From Macrostomum lignano (lineage: Eukaryota): a DNA stretch of 64,000 bases. The stretch's first letter is position 1. Each line of letters begins with the position of its first letter. Made by a program: the position numbers and the translations under genes. The stretch covers positions 248,001-312,000 of the forward strand of contig NIVC01000082.1 of NCBI GenBank assembly GCA_002269645.1. Reading direction: 5' to 3'. The notes under the pieces are model-generated. The model was not told where the DNA came from. It did not search any database and worked only from the letters and a program-made list of their open reading frames with translations. Shown one piece after another: positions 38,201-57,707 of this stretch.

Positions 38201-41200
38201 CGCCCCTGTCTTGGCGCGGATGTTTTCGTCGAGGCCGGATTGGATTTTCCAGGAATTTCCGTGTCAACGACGCCCGCCGGTCCGGAGTTCTCGAAGGCGT
38301 CTCCACCGTCGACGGCCTCGTCGTTGGCGCCGCCGCCGATGCCGCCACCGGAAATGGCGGCGCCGGATTCGGTTTGGTCGGGATCGATCGACTTGTCGAC
38401 CTCCTGGACCATCACGGACTCGACTTCGGCCTTCAAAGCGTCCACCAGGCTCGGCAGCTTCGACCTGTCGGCGTCCACGTCGACGAAAATTTCGAACGGA
38501 GCGGAGGCGCGCCGGCCGCCGCGCGATTCGACGTGCACGACTTCGATGTTGTTCGCCTTTGCGGTGCCGTTTATTAAAGTTGGGAGCCGATATGTATCGA
38601 AACAAGTAGTTTAATAATGTTGAGCCAAGGTTAATTTATGGCGCCATGCTTAATTAAGTGGCGCCATGTTTAATTGCACTCACGCCATGTTTAACTAAAT
38701 TGGAGCCATGCTTAAATAAGGTGGCGCCATGCTTAATAAAAGAGTGGCGCCATGCTAAATTAAGGTGGCGCCATGCTTGATTAAAGTGGCGCCATGCTTA
38801 ATTAAAGTAGCACCATGCTTAACAAAATTGGCGCCATGCTTAAATAAAGTGGCGCCATGCTTAAATAAAGTGGCGCCATGCTTAAATAAAGTGGCGCCAT
38901 GTTTAATTTAAGTGGCGCCATGTTTAACAAAATTGGCGCCATGCTTAAATAAGGTGGCGCCATGCTTAATAAAGGTGGCGCCATGCTTAATTAAAGTGGC
39001 AACATGCTTAATTAAAGTGGCAACATGCTTAATTAAAGTGGCACCATGCTTAAATAAGGTGGCGCCATGCTTAAATAAAGTGGCGCCATGCGTAATTAAA
39101 GTGGCGCCATGCTTAATTAAAGTGGCGCCATGCTTAATTAAATTGGTGCCATGTTTAAAGAGTGGCGCCATGCTTAAATAAAGTGGCGCCATGCTTAAAT
39201 AAAGTGGCGACATGCTTAAATAAAGTGGCGCCATGTTTAATTTAAGTGGCGCCATGTTTAAATAAAGTGGCGCCATGCTTAATTAAAGTGGCACCATGTT
39301 TAAAGGGAGTGGCGCCATGCTTAACTAAATTGGCGCCATGTTTAATAAAAGTGACGTGTTTAATTAAAGTGACGCCATGCTTAAATAAAGTGGCGCCATG
39401 CTTAACTAAATTGGCGCCGAACTTACCTTCCAACAAGAAAATAAAGGAAATACACAGGTTCTCTAGAAACAGCTCATCAACTATCCCAAAAAAAGCAGTT
39501 TCTCACCTCGAAAATTTTGAGCACCCCGGCCAGGCCGCTGATCCTGTCGCCAACACCGAATATGAAGGAAACAGTCTTCTTGGCTGCCTCCGCCGTCTCC
39601 TTCACCGAGCCGAGGTCTTTCAGCTTGTTCTGCTGGGGGGGGGGGCGGTGAAGAGCTCGACTTTTGTAGGGGCACGAGAGTGACAATGGCAGATAGAAGA
39701 GTGACAAGGGTAGAGAGGGAAAAGGGAAAAAAATAAGTGACAAAGTTAAAAAGAAGAGTGACAAGAACAAATAGAAGAAAGACAAAGACAGATAGGAGGA
39801 CAAGGACAACATATGAGAGTGGCAAGGACACATTGGGAGTGACAATAACTCGCAATAGAGTGCCAAGAAGTTATCATATGAGAGTGCCAGGGACACAAAG
39901 GAGAGTGGGAGGGTGACAAGGACACATGGGAGAGTGGGAGAATGACAAAGACATACGAGAGTGACAAGGACAATATAAGAGAGTGACAAGGGCACACAAG
40001 AGTGACAAGGACACATATGAGAGTGACAAGGACACAGGAGAGTGGGAGAGTTGCAAGGACACATAGGAGAGTGGCAAGGACACATAGAAGAGTGGGAGAG
40101 TGACAAGGACAGATATGAGAGTGACAAGGACAACATAAGAGAGTGACAAGGGCACACAAGAGTGACAAGGACACATAGGAGAGTGACAAGGACACATAGG
40201 AGAGTGACAAGGACACATAGGAGAGTGGGAGAGTGACAAGGACACATAGGAGAGTGACAAGGGCACATAGGAGAGTGGGAGAGTGGCTTGGACACACAGG
40301 AGAGTGAAAAGGACACATAGGAGAGTGACAAGGACACAGGAGAGTGGGAGAGTTGCAAGGACACGTAGGACAGTGGCTAGGACACATAGGAGAGTGACAA
40401 GGACATAGGAGAGTGACAAGGACACAGGAGAGTGGGAGAGTTGCAAACACACATAGGAGAGTGACAAGGACACACAGGAGAGTGAAAAGGACACATAGGA
40501 GAGTGACAAGGACACAGGAGAGTGGGAGAGTTGCAAGGACACATAGGACAGTGGCTAGGACACATAGGAGAGTGACAAGGACATAGGAGAGTGACAAGGA
40601 CACAGGAGAGTGGGAGAGTTGCAAGGACACGTAGGACAGTGGCTAGGACACATAGGAGAGTGACAAGGACATAGGAGAGTGACAAGGACACACAGGAGAG
40701 TGACAAGGACACATAGGAGAGTGACAAGGACACACAGGAGAGTGACAAGGACACATAGGAGAGTGAAAAGGACACAGGAGAGTGGGAGAGTGAAAAGGAC
40801 ACAGGAGAGTGGGAGAGTTGCAAGGACACATAGGAGAGTGGCTAGGACACATAGGAGAGTGACAAGGACACACACAGGAGAGTGACAAGGACACACAGGA
40901 GACTGACAAGGACACATAGGAGAGTGACAAGGACACACAGGAGAGTGACAAGGACACATAGGAGAGTGACAAGGACACACAGGAGAGTGACAAGGACACA
41001 TAGGAGAGTGACAAGGACACAGGAGAGTTTCAAGGACACATAGGAGAGTGACAAGGACACAGGAGAGTTGCAAGGACACATAGGAGAGTGACAAGGACAC
41101 ATAGGAGAGTGACAAGGACACATAGGAGAGTGGCAAGGACACATAGGAGAGTGACAAGGACACAGGAGAGTGGCAAGGATACATAGGAGAGTGGCAAGGA

Positions 41201-41865
41201 CACAGGAGAGTTGCAAGGACACATAGGAGAGTGACAAGGACACAGGAGAGTTGCAAGGACACATAGGAGAGTGACAAGGACACAGGAGAGTGGCAAGGAC
41301 ACATAGGAGAGTGACAAGGACACAGGAGAGTTGCAAGGACACAGGAGAGTGACAAGGACACAGGAGAGTGGCAAGGACACATAGGAGAGTGGCAAGGACA
41401 CATAGGAGAGTGACAAGGACACAGGAGAGTGGCAAGGACACATAGGAGAGTGGCAAGGACACATAGGAGAGTGACAAGGACACAGGAGAGTGGCAAGGAC
41501 ACATAGGAGAGTGGCAAGGACACATAGGAGAGTGACAAGGACACAGGAGAGTGGCAAGGACACAAAAGAGATGGTGAGTGGCTCACCTCGATCCCAGAGA
41601 TGTCGTCTTCATCAATCATAGAGCTGACAGACGAGAACCGGCCCCGTCTAGCCTTGGCCGCGGCCGAGTCCATGGCAACTCCGCACTGGGTGCAAACCGG
41701 TTGTCCACTATAGTAGCTGTAACAGCAGTAGCAGCAGCCGCCAGCCTCAGAGTCTCCGTCGCCAACCGAAGACAGCCGATTACCTGTAGCTGATGAAGAG
41801 TCAGACTCCGAGCCGCGAGATCGGTGTCTACGCTGCTGCTGCTGCTCGCACCTCGCTGTGGACAT
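32246..41865 (-). CDS. TPH: Tryptophan hydroxylase (biopterin-dependent aromatic amino acid hydroxylase), ~621 aa if the frameshift is corrected; exons 41865-41587, 39632-39507, 38556-38184, 37229-37126, 36289-36072, 35691-35510, 34774-34648, 34550-34455, 33315-33182, 32471-32246
   Basis: ACT domain ([15 protein letters not shown]), then [70 protein letters not shown] (Fe ligands), [21 protein letters not shown] and YNPYTQS. The [18 protein letters not shown] and CYFFT motifs favour TPH over PAH/TH. Exon 6 is 182 nt where 183 is needed. Confidence 0.9.
32600..33080. repeat. 9-bp repeat CCCGAAGGT with a ~40-bp higher-order unit, TPH intron 9
   Basis: Tandem copies. Confidence 0.93.
33355..34425. 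repeat. 27-bp (CAGTCATAAACACTGGTGAATATCATG) grading into 23-bp minisatellite, TPH intron 8
   Basis: Fills ~1070 of 1139 bp. Confidence 0.95.
34820..35215. repeat. 46-bp minisatellite CCAAAACCAACCCCATTTTCTCACCATCTACCCCTCTTAATTCAAG, TPH intron 6
   Basis: Period 46 at 35009/35055/35101. Confidence 0.9.
36482..36910. repeat. 28-bp minisatellite GGTGGTGGGTCTCGGCTAGATTTTTTGG, TPH intron 4
   Basis: Tandem copies; one has an expanded poly-T. Confidence 0.95.
37330..38170. repeat. 21-bp minisatellite CACAAACCACCATTGAATTCA, TPH intron 3
   Basis: About 40 copies. Confidence 0.96.
38636..39420. repeat. 21-bp minisatellite TAAATAAAGTGGCGCCATGCT, TPH intron 2
   Basis: Period 21 at 38830/38851/38872. 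Confidence 0.95.
39675..41575. repeat. ~21-bp minisatellite GAGTGACAAGGACACATAGGA, TPH intron 1
   Basis: About 1.9 kb, degenerate toward the acceptor side. Confidence 0.95.
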
Positions 41866-42721
41866 TGCGCGTATTTTTAGCAACGGAACAAATTCGAAAC
41901 CATTCCCGAACAGCCAATTTTGTTTATATAATATAGCAATAACTATACTAATCCGCTGAGCAATGTTGAAAGTCACATTTTCGCTTACCTTTTTAGATTT
42001 TTGGAAAAATCTCGCCGAAAATGTGTACGCGTGCCGAATTGATAATCAAACAGAATTAGGGTTGGATTATTTTCAAAACCGCGTAGCTTTCTCTTCTTAT
42101 TTTTGACGCGCAGAGATCCGCTAAAGAAGTCGCAGATGAAGAAAGGAGACTGAGGAACGGGTTATAACGACAGTGAAGACACATCAACTTCTTCATCAAC
42201 CAATCAGCTGTAGAGGGCGATTCCCTACAGCCAGTTCGAGTCTCGGCCATAGACAACCGAAGATCCTCCGCGGCCTCCCCCTACGCCCACGCGATCTCCC
42301 GCTTCAAGGGATTTCGACTAAGCCTCGAGGAAAATTGGCTGCCGCTAATCGGGCAGCTGTCTCCGCCGATTTTCAGTTAATCCCCTGCGGAATGGTCTGG
42401 CGCAGCTTCTCAAATCCTTTCCTGCTCCCCGGATCTCTTCGTTTTTCTGGTCCGATTCTCTCGCCGAACCACCCGGCGGCTGCCCGGTCGAGAGGAAAGA
42501 CAAGTCTTGCGCATTGCTCCGCTGATCTCGGGAATCTGCTTGACGCTACTGAAGCTTGTGTTGCGGCTTCTCATAGCCCAATTTCTGATGCCTATGACAG
42601 CAGACCTATTTTTGGAGTTTGGGACTGCAAAATAATTGAAGTCAAAAACTTTCTCAGCGACTGGAGATTTGCAAAGCAACAGCCGAGTAGTTAGGGGTTT
42701 GCGGCGAAGCCAAACTGAACT

Positions 42722-45238
42722 GGCGCCTCCCTCAAATGAGGTGGCGGCCTACCTAAAAATACATGCGAAAATGGCATCTTCCTAAAAATGAAAATGGCAC
42801 CTACCTCAAAATGAAAGTGGCACCTCCCTCAAAATGAAAGTGGCACCTCCCTCAAAATGAAAGTGGCACCTACCTCAAAATGAAAGTGGCACCTCCCTCA
42901 AAATGAAAGTGGCACCTCCCTCAAAATGAAAGTGGCACCTCCCTCAAAATGAAAGTGGCACCTCCCTCAAAATGAAAGTGGCACCTCCCTCAAAATGAAA
43001 GTGGCACCTCCCTCAAAATGAAAGTGGCACCTCCCTCAAAATGAAAGTGGCACCTCCCTCAAAATGAAAGTGGCACCTCCCTCAAAATGAAAGTGGCACC
43101 TCCCTCAAAATGAAAATGGCGTCTCCTTCAAAATGAAAACGGCGCCTCCCTAAAAGACTGGTGCTTTAGTGCCTACTCTCGGTCGATCTGAAGCGCTTCC
43201 CACTAACGCAGAACCAGTACGCCTTCCGCTTCCGCACGGGCAGGTCCACTGAGAGTGCCCTCCGTGTCATCGTTGACTTCCTGGAGAGGGCCGTTCTTGA
43301 CAGCGGCTTTGCCCTCTCGCTTTTCCTGGACATTGAAGGTGCCTTCGACAATTTTATCTTCGAGGCCTTTTGCAGAGCCCTGGAATCCAGGGCCACGCAC
43401 CCTCACCTTGTCCGGTGGATCATGTTCATGATCCGGAACCGCACTGCCTTCCTCTGTGCCCCTCCTCTGGATATTTATATCAAAGGAGAGGCGGCGTAGA
43501 GCACCCGACGTCTTCTGGATGCTGGGGTGGCCTTCAAGAAAGTGCGGGCCTTTAAGAAGCGGCCGCTAATCCCGCACTCTGACCTCTGCCTCAAGACTCT
43601 CGAGAAGTGTGACGGGCTCAAAATCCTCACGGACTCGATCCCAGCCACCCTTCTCCTGCGCCAAAGGTATCAGGTCACCATTCAGCCTCGACACGAGGCG
43701 AGCAACTGCTGGAGCGATTCTAAAGTCCACTGTTACACTCTCAATGAGGAATGGCTTCTCACGCTTCGGAGCTTGCGTCTTCTTCTAGGGAGAAGCGGTG
43801 TGGAGCTACTCATAGCACACTGGGCTCAACTCCAGTGTTTTTCAGAGCGAGGTGCTTGCCATCAGCTCCTGCGCGGCAGAGCTGCGCCGAAGGCAGCTTA
43901 GCGGTCGGAAATTTATATTTCACTCTGACAACCAAGCAGCCCTTCGGGCCCTCTGCCGCAGCACCACCAGCTCCAGATATGTCCTGTAGGACTGCAATGT
44001 CCAGCTCAACGGGCTTGCGCTAGGCAACCAGGTGGAGCTCGATGGATCCCGGGCCACGCTGGTTTCCTCGGAGCCCCCATCCCCGCCTCGGTGATCAACT
44101 CCGGCGTTAAGCGCTGGGCTGATTCCGAGCATCTCCGCAGGTGGCACGACACTCGGAATTGTAGGCAATCCCGTGCTGCCGTCCCCTGTTCCCCCCCCCC
44201 TCCTGCGCCCTCCTCAAGTTCCACCGCATGCAGAGACCTCAGAGCAGTCAGCATGGCCCTCTCCGGGCATGGCTGCTTCTCTCGCCACCGCTTCCTTCAG
44301 GGTCAGGTACCCGAGGAGCGGTGCCCCTTCTGCCGCTCAGGCAGTGAAAACGCCGAGTACTTTATCTGCCACGTACTGGTCTTCACCAGCTAGGGCCAGG
44401 CTCACTCACCTCGGGCCAAACCCGGTTCTCTCCGGCCCGAGAGCATACCGCTGCCAGCAGGTACCTTATGGACATGGGACGAGCTGATTTCTTCCCCACT
44501 GCCGAGGTGAGGAGGACCGCGCTGCAGGCGAGACCGACGGGTCCTCCTGAGCGACATCCAGCGAAATGGGCGGTCTCCTCCGCCTCCTCGCTGCATCCAC
44601 CGAAGGGTGCCCCTGCAGCTGCATGTTCATGTAAGTAAGTAAAATCCCTAAAAATAAAGTGGTGCCTCCCTCAAAATGAAAGCGGCGCCTCTATCAAAAT
44701 GAAAATGGTGCCTCCCTCAAAATGAAAATGGCGCCTCCCTCAAAATGAAGTGGCGCCTCCCTCAAAATGAAGTGGTGCCTCCCTCAAAATGAAGTGGTGC
44801 CTCCCTCAAAATGAAGTGGTGCCTCCCTCAAAATGAAGTGGCGCGTCCCGCAAAATAAAAATGGCGCCTCCCTCAAAATGAAAGTGGCGCCTCCCGCAAA
44901 ATGAAAATGGCGCCTCCCTCAAAATGAAAGTGGCGCCTCCCGCAAAATAAAAATGGCGCCTCCCTAAAAATGAAAATTACGCCTCCCTCAAATGAAAATG
45001 GCGTCTCCCTCAAAATAAAGTGGCGCCTCTCCAAAGAAAAATGGCGCCCCCCTCAAAATGAAGTGACGTCCCCCTCAAAATAAAGTGGCGCCTCTCCAAA
45101 GAAAAGTGGCGCCCCCCTCAAAATGAAAATGGCGCCCCCCCTCAAAATGAAAATGGCGCCCCCTCAAAATGAAAATGGCGCCCCCTCAAAATGAAAATGG
45201 CGCCTCCCTCAAAATGAAAATGACGCCTCCCTCAACTT
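42722..45238. repeat. 23-bp minisatellite AAATGAAAGTGGCACCTCCCTCA, split by the non-LTR insertion (42722-43155 and 44645-45238)
   Basis: Period 23 at 42841/42864; the same unit resumes after the element. Confidence 0.93.
43156..44644 (+). mobile_element. 5'-truncated, internally deleted non-LTR retrotransposon (partial RT + RNase H + C-terminal Cys/His motif; I/Loa/R1-like group)
   Basis: NQYAFRFRTGRSTESAL..LFLDIEGAFDN (RT). VFQSEVLAI..FHSDNQAAL..WIPGHAG (RNase H). LSGHGCF..CPFCRSGSENAEYFICH. There is a GTAAGTAAGTAAAA tail and a TCCCTAAAA direct repeat at 43147-43155 and 44645-44653. In-frame stops and frameshifts are present. Confidence 0.88.
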
Positions 45239-46198
45239 TGAAAAAGAAATAGAGTCAAGGCTAAAGCAAAACAATGAATTGCTATCGCATAACACTAGCA
45301 TGTACAACTCGGCGAAAACTTCGAATTGAAACTCAGTTTATTTTTAAACCAACAATAACGATTTTTAAGCGATTTTTAGAAATTTACAACAGGCTGGGTT
45401 TATTTTAATTTAAAAACAAACGGCGTGTTTTGGCTTCTGGCTTTCTATTGCAGACTGTTGACGGCAAATTTATTTAAATATATTAATAAATAAATAAGCA
45501 AGGTAAAAAAGACAACGGGCATGAGAGTTCCATTCGAAGAAAATTACCGATTATTGTTGCTTTTTCAAAGCGCGCACTGTGCAACCCGAGAGGGGAAAGG
45601 CTGAAGAATAGCAATTGGGTGCAAGATAACGCTTGTAAGTAGTATACAGTAGTAGCTTGCGGTTCTTCACGAATTAATAATGGAAAAGGGCAACAATTAT
45701 GAAACTGCTGGTGGATTGGATGGCTTTAAATGCTCAGAAAAATTCATATTTATGAAGATACAGATAAGTTTTAAACAGGCAGGCTTAGAGAGGGTGGTTC
45801 TTGCTTTTCTACATAAAAGGTACATAAAAATTGTACTGTACAGACATTGAGTGAAACTACTTTTTTGTTGCGAGTTTCTTCTTTTTATATTGTTCAGCAG
45901 CAACAACAACAGAAAACAGCAAAATAAACAGACCAATAAAAACACGTGATGTGCTTAGAAGCAGAAACAGACGGAACACTGAAAGCAGAAGAAAAGCAGC
46001 GAAACAAGAGCTAACTAACAGACTAAGCAATATTGATAAGTAATAGTGCATAGTACTAAATAATAATAGCAGGTGCAACACGGGTAACAGTACACGCGTG
46101 GATCGAATCCTCTTCAGTCAGACAAAGTAAGCTGGGTAGGAAAAAACAGCCAGCGCAACTAAAAGGACGCGATGAACTTCTTTTTATCATTATTTAAT

Positions 46199-53608
<7,410 letters not shown>

Positions 53609-55182
53609 GTGTTCTATCACTTTATTCGAAACTTAAAACCTATCAGATAAATCAACTATTTGACCCAAAGAAAACAGATTCTGGATTGAAGCTTTAATTA
53701 TCATAAAATTAATAAGCTAGGGCCTAGAGCGATCTCCTCTGCAGAACTTAATCAACCAGTATAATTAAATGTTTGTTAGACTTTTAATTCAGTTAATAAT
53801 CTATCAAGAGCGACGATAATATATTAATAAGCTTCTCAATAATCTAGACTACACTATAGTATAGTATAGCGTAAATAAAATATCGCTCAGCTGAATTTCC
53901 AGGTCCTCTGGTGTATTTTAATATTATTAACTTACAATCGGAATTCCTACCAGCGCCTGTACTGGAATAGCAAAAAAGAAGCGGTTTTTAGTAATAGTCA
54001 GTTAAGTAAAGTCTGCAAAGCGTATGTATATTTATATATATCTTCCTACGGGGAGCTCCCAGGTCCTGTTATAGCTTCCTCTCTGTCTGTCTTGCTGGGG
54101 CGAATCAGCTGCGAGATGGGGTGGGGCAGGGTGACTAATAGGGGCGGGCAGGGCGTCCCCCTCCCCAAGACAGACGACGGACGAGTAAAGTAAGAAGGGG
54201 GAAGGCGCGGGAATGAAAGAGGGCCCCCGTGCCTCTCACTGAGGCAGAGAGGTTTTTCATTTGCCACACAGCAAGGCAAGCCAAGCCTATTTTTGCTTGT
54301 GTCTGACGACTCACTCAAGTCTCCCTCTAAGTCTCTCAAGGTCTTTCCAATTATTCCAGTGCGTGTTTCCAACTCTATAGTCAACACCTCTAACGACTAA
54401 GGGTTTTCAAGTCGAACAGTTCGAGTCTTGTGTGTGGTCTGGGACTGGGTCTGGGCTTGCGTTGCGTATGTCAAAATCAAGCCCAGTTATTAAAACAGTC
54501 CCAGCAAACAGACGGGCTGTAGAAGTGTCGCGGGGGCTGGCGGTGCCGAGACAAAAAAGGTGTACCAATTTCTTTTTTCTCCGTTTTCCTGTCTCAGTCG
54601 TTCCTGTCTGGAAATTTCTATACTTGGTTTTCTCTCAGTCTCCAGTCTCTCGACTCTCTCCAATTCATTTTGGCATTCGCTACAAAATAAAAGAAAGTTC
54701 GAGTCTTGTAATGAATGAATTACTCTATAAATGGAGCTCTGCAGCTTGTGTACTGTGAATATATTGATCTCGGAAGAAAATTAGTTTGTACATATACTCG
54801 GAACCACTGGAACCACTTAGTCTTGACCCCCAGTCCTTGTCCTTGGACTGAACAGCCGTTCGGAGCCTCTCCAGACAATGAGTGGCGCAATCAGATTTGT
54901 TGAGGGGGGGGGCGGATTCTGGAGACTGAATGATAAAGACTCAAGGGGGCGGTGGGGCCGGGGTGGCTCTGTATTTTGACAAAAATGCGCTTGGTCGCTC
55001 TGATTTTTCCCTCTTTGATTTTTTTCATGTCTCCTTTGCCTCCCCCCTCCCTGCGCATTCAGACGCGCCGCGCAATAGCTGCGACTGAGCTGTCTATTTA
55101 AGCAGGTGTAATCAATAATAATAATTATTATTCACGGACAGCTGACGTAGAAAGACGCCACGGCCCACACTCGATTTTCTAG

Positions 55183-55341
55183 GAGGGGCGGATTTACCCA
55201 TAGGAGTGGGGGCGCCATAATATACACTAGGGGGGCGCAATACTTAAGCAAACTGAGGGCGGGGGGCGGTGAGGATCTTTCTTGAAAAGTAGCGCCATCA
55301 TCGCCAGCCACAAGAGGGGGTGGGCAATTAATCCGCCCCAG
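55183..55341. mobile_element. Possible small MITE
   Basis: GGGGCGGATTT ... TAATCCGCCCC inverted termini about 160 bp apart; no TSD found. Confidence 0.35.
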
Positions 55342-57707
55342 GTGTGGGCACCTTTGTCAGAAAGAGTCCGGAGGCTGAAAATACACGCTCAGCAGCTACG
55401 CTTGTGAGAAGAACCGACAGTTATGGAATTATATAGCAACTGGATAGCAACAGGAATGAGCAATGAAAAGTGAGCAATCAGCAACATTCATTCAAACGTG
55501 TGTTTGAAATAATACAGTTATGCAGTGAAAAAGCATAAACGGAGTGCTTTCTGTGAATCATTTTCTTAGTTAAATGGCAAAAGTTACGAATGTATTTTAA
55601 ATATTTTTACTCCCCGGGGGTCCCCGGTCCAATTCCCTGACAAGCTACCCGGGGTCGACTTCCCCAATTTGGACACTAACAAGTAACAATATTCATTTTA
55701 TATGGTAAAGTAAGCAACTATTTAACTTAAGTAACTGAATGAAAACTGTTTTGCAAGTAGCAGCTGTGAGTGCACTTGCTAAATGTTAATTGTAATTGTA
55801 ACGGTTTATAATATAGTATTAGTATAGTATCATTATTTACTTCGCTTCACTTCCTGCCCAACGCCCTCAAAATGTTAATTTCGTGTTTCACGCTCGCCGG
55901 CATAAAATTAAAGCTGCAGATTGATTCGTACAAGGCAATTCTATACATAACATGCAAGGAGCATTATAACACATTGCAATAGTGCAGTACCCTACCCAAT
56001 TGTATTATCCCAACGTCGATGCAGCGAGAATAAATTGTTTTTTCACACTTGACTTCCAGCTTCATTTTTATGTGCTGGTAAGGGCTTGTGCGAATTGCGT
56101 GCGTGGAGTCTGATTTTCGTAAGGTAGAGCTCAAAGTAAAACAAAACATTTTTTCACCCAGAAAAGCATTAGTCAGCAAGGGAAAGCATTAAAAAGAATG
56201 GCAGGGAAAACACATACGCATTACGGAGTTAGTAATCCATAGACGCGACTAAAAATAGAATTTCTTTTTATCGGAAAGGGGTTAGGAACTAGACTACATG
56301 CAGTGAGTCATTTGCGTACAATTTATTGAGGGAAATGGGTTATTTTTAGACCTTGACGAAGGCGCGATGACCTTGAATTGGGTTGGGCTGGGCTGGGGAA
56401 TGAGAGGTTTTGCTATCCCTTCCCCTTCACGTACTAGGGACAAAGTCGATACAGTCAGCGGCTGCAGTGGGAGAGGAAGAGACAAGAGAGAGTGAAAAAT
56501 GAGAGGATAATCCAGCGGGAGAGGAACGATCAAGATAAGAGGAAAGCAAATTCTCAGCTGTCTGTCTATTAAGGAGTGTGTCATATTAAAGGTTAGAGGA
56601 TTTATTTGAACAATTCGCTCCACTGACTCAATTTTAGAATAAAGTAGCTAGAAGTGGAATGAGTGCGCTGGCCGGGTTATGCAGATGAGAAGTGATTGGA
56701 TAGATGAATCATAGCCAAGCCACTTATACACAGCTATGTAGTATATAGCAGCTGATCCAAGAGTAAAACCGTACAACTCCTGATAACTCTGCAAACCTAG
56801 TACTCTCTTATATAGCTGCATATTCCTTATCACTTTATCAGTTCTTATCTCTTTTTACGAAACCAAGCTATGATATACTAAGCTAAATATCACGTTGTTC
56901 ATAGAAATGCAGCTATTTATTTATACGTCCTCTGTCTATAAAACAAATTATTTTCCTTTGTTACAAACAAAAATTCATTAAGTGATTCAAGTGAGATGAG
57001 AGTTAAATCTTTTTTTTCGTTTTGTGTATCTAATCTTATAAGCTCTCGAGTCTCTTGAACTTACTGGCTCGACAAGTGAAATAAATAATAAAAAATAAAA
57101 GCTATATATCTGTACACTTATCTTAATACATCTGAATTGCGGTTCAGCCAGTGTTAGTCGAATCGAATGGTTAGATAACTGCGGGTTAAAATTTCTGAAA
57201 ACAATTTTGTACAAAATGTACCTTTTTTTCTACTTACAGTAATGCTTAAAGTGGTTAACTGCAAGCTTAACGAAACACATGCATTCTAAATTATTAGAAT
57301 GTATATTTCATTATTATTTCAGAAAAGTTAAAAAACAAGTAAATATGTTATTAAATTTGTTATTTATTTTACTATTATCTTAAAACAACTAGATGAATAG
57401 CAAAGCCTTTGTTAGTTATTTCAAATATTTTAAAATAATTTATTTCCAAGAAGGCGCGTGTAATCGCGACATGCCGACATCAAATTTAATTGCTTTTATA
57501 CTATACAAATTCTTTCTCTGAACTGGACTGTACATAGTAGTGCGGTTACGTGACGGATTGCTTTTTAGTCGTTTTTACTTAGTAGTTTTGTTAATTCCTT
57601 CCCGATATCTTCTTATGATTTATAATTTCAGAAGAAACTCGACGATTGGATTTGAGATCTACTAGGCCTAGGCTCTATATTTTTAATAATAGCTGTACTG
57701 CCAAACC

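Noticed and set aside
39633-39662. Apparent second TPH frameshift at the 11-G run
   Set aside because: The run serves as the polypyrimidine tract of an in-phase acceptor at 39632/39629, so no frameshift is needed.
37313-41563. Multiple long periodic ORFs ([20 protein letters not shown])
   Set aside because: 21-bp intronic minisatellites between phase-consistent TPH exons.
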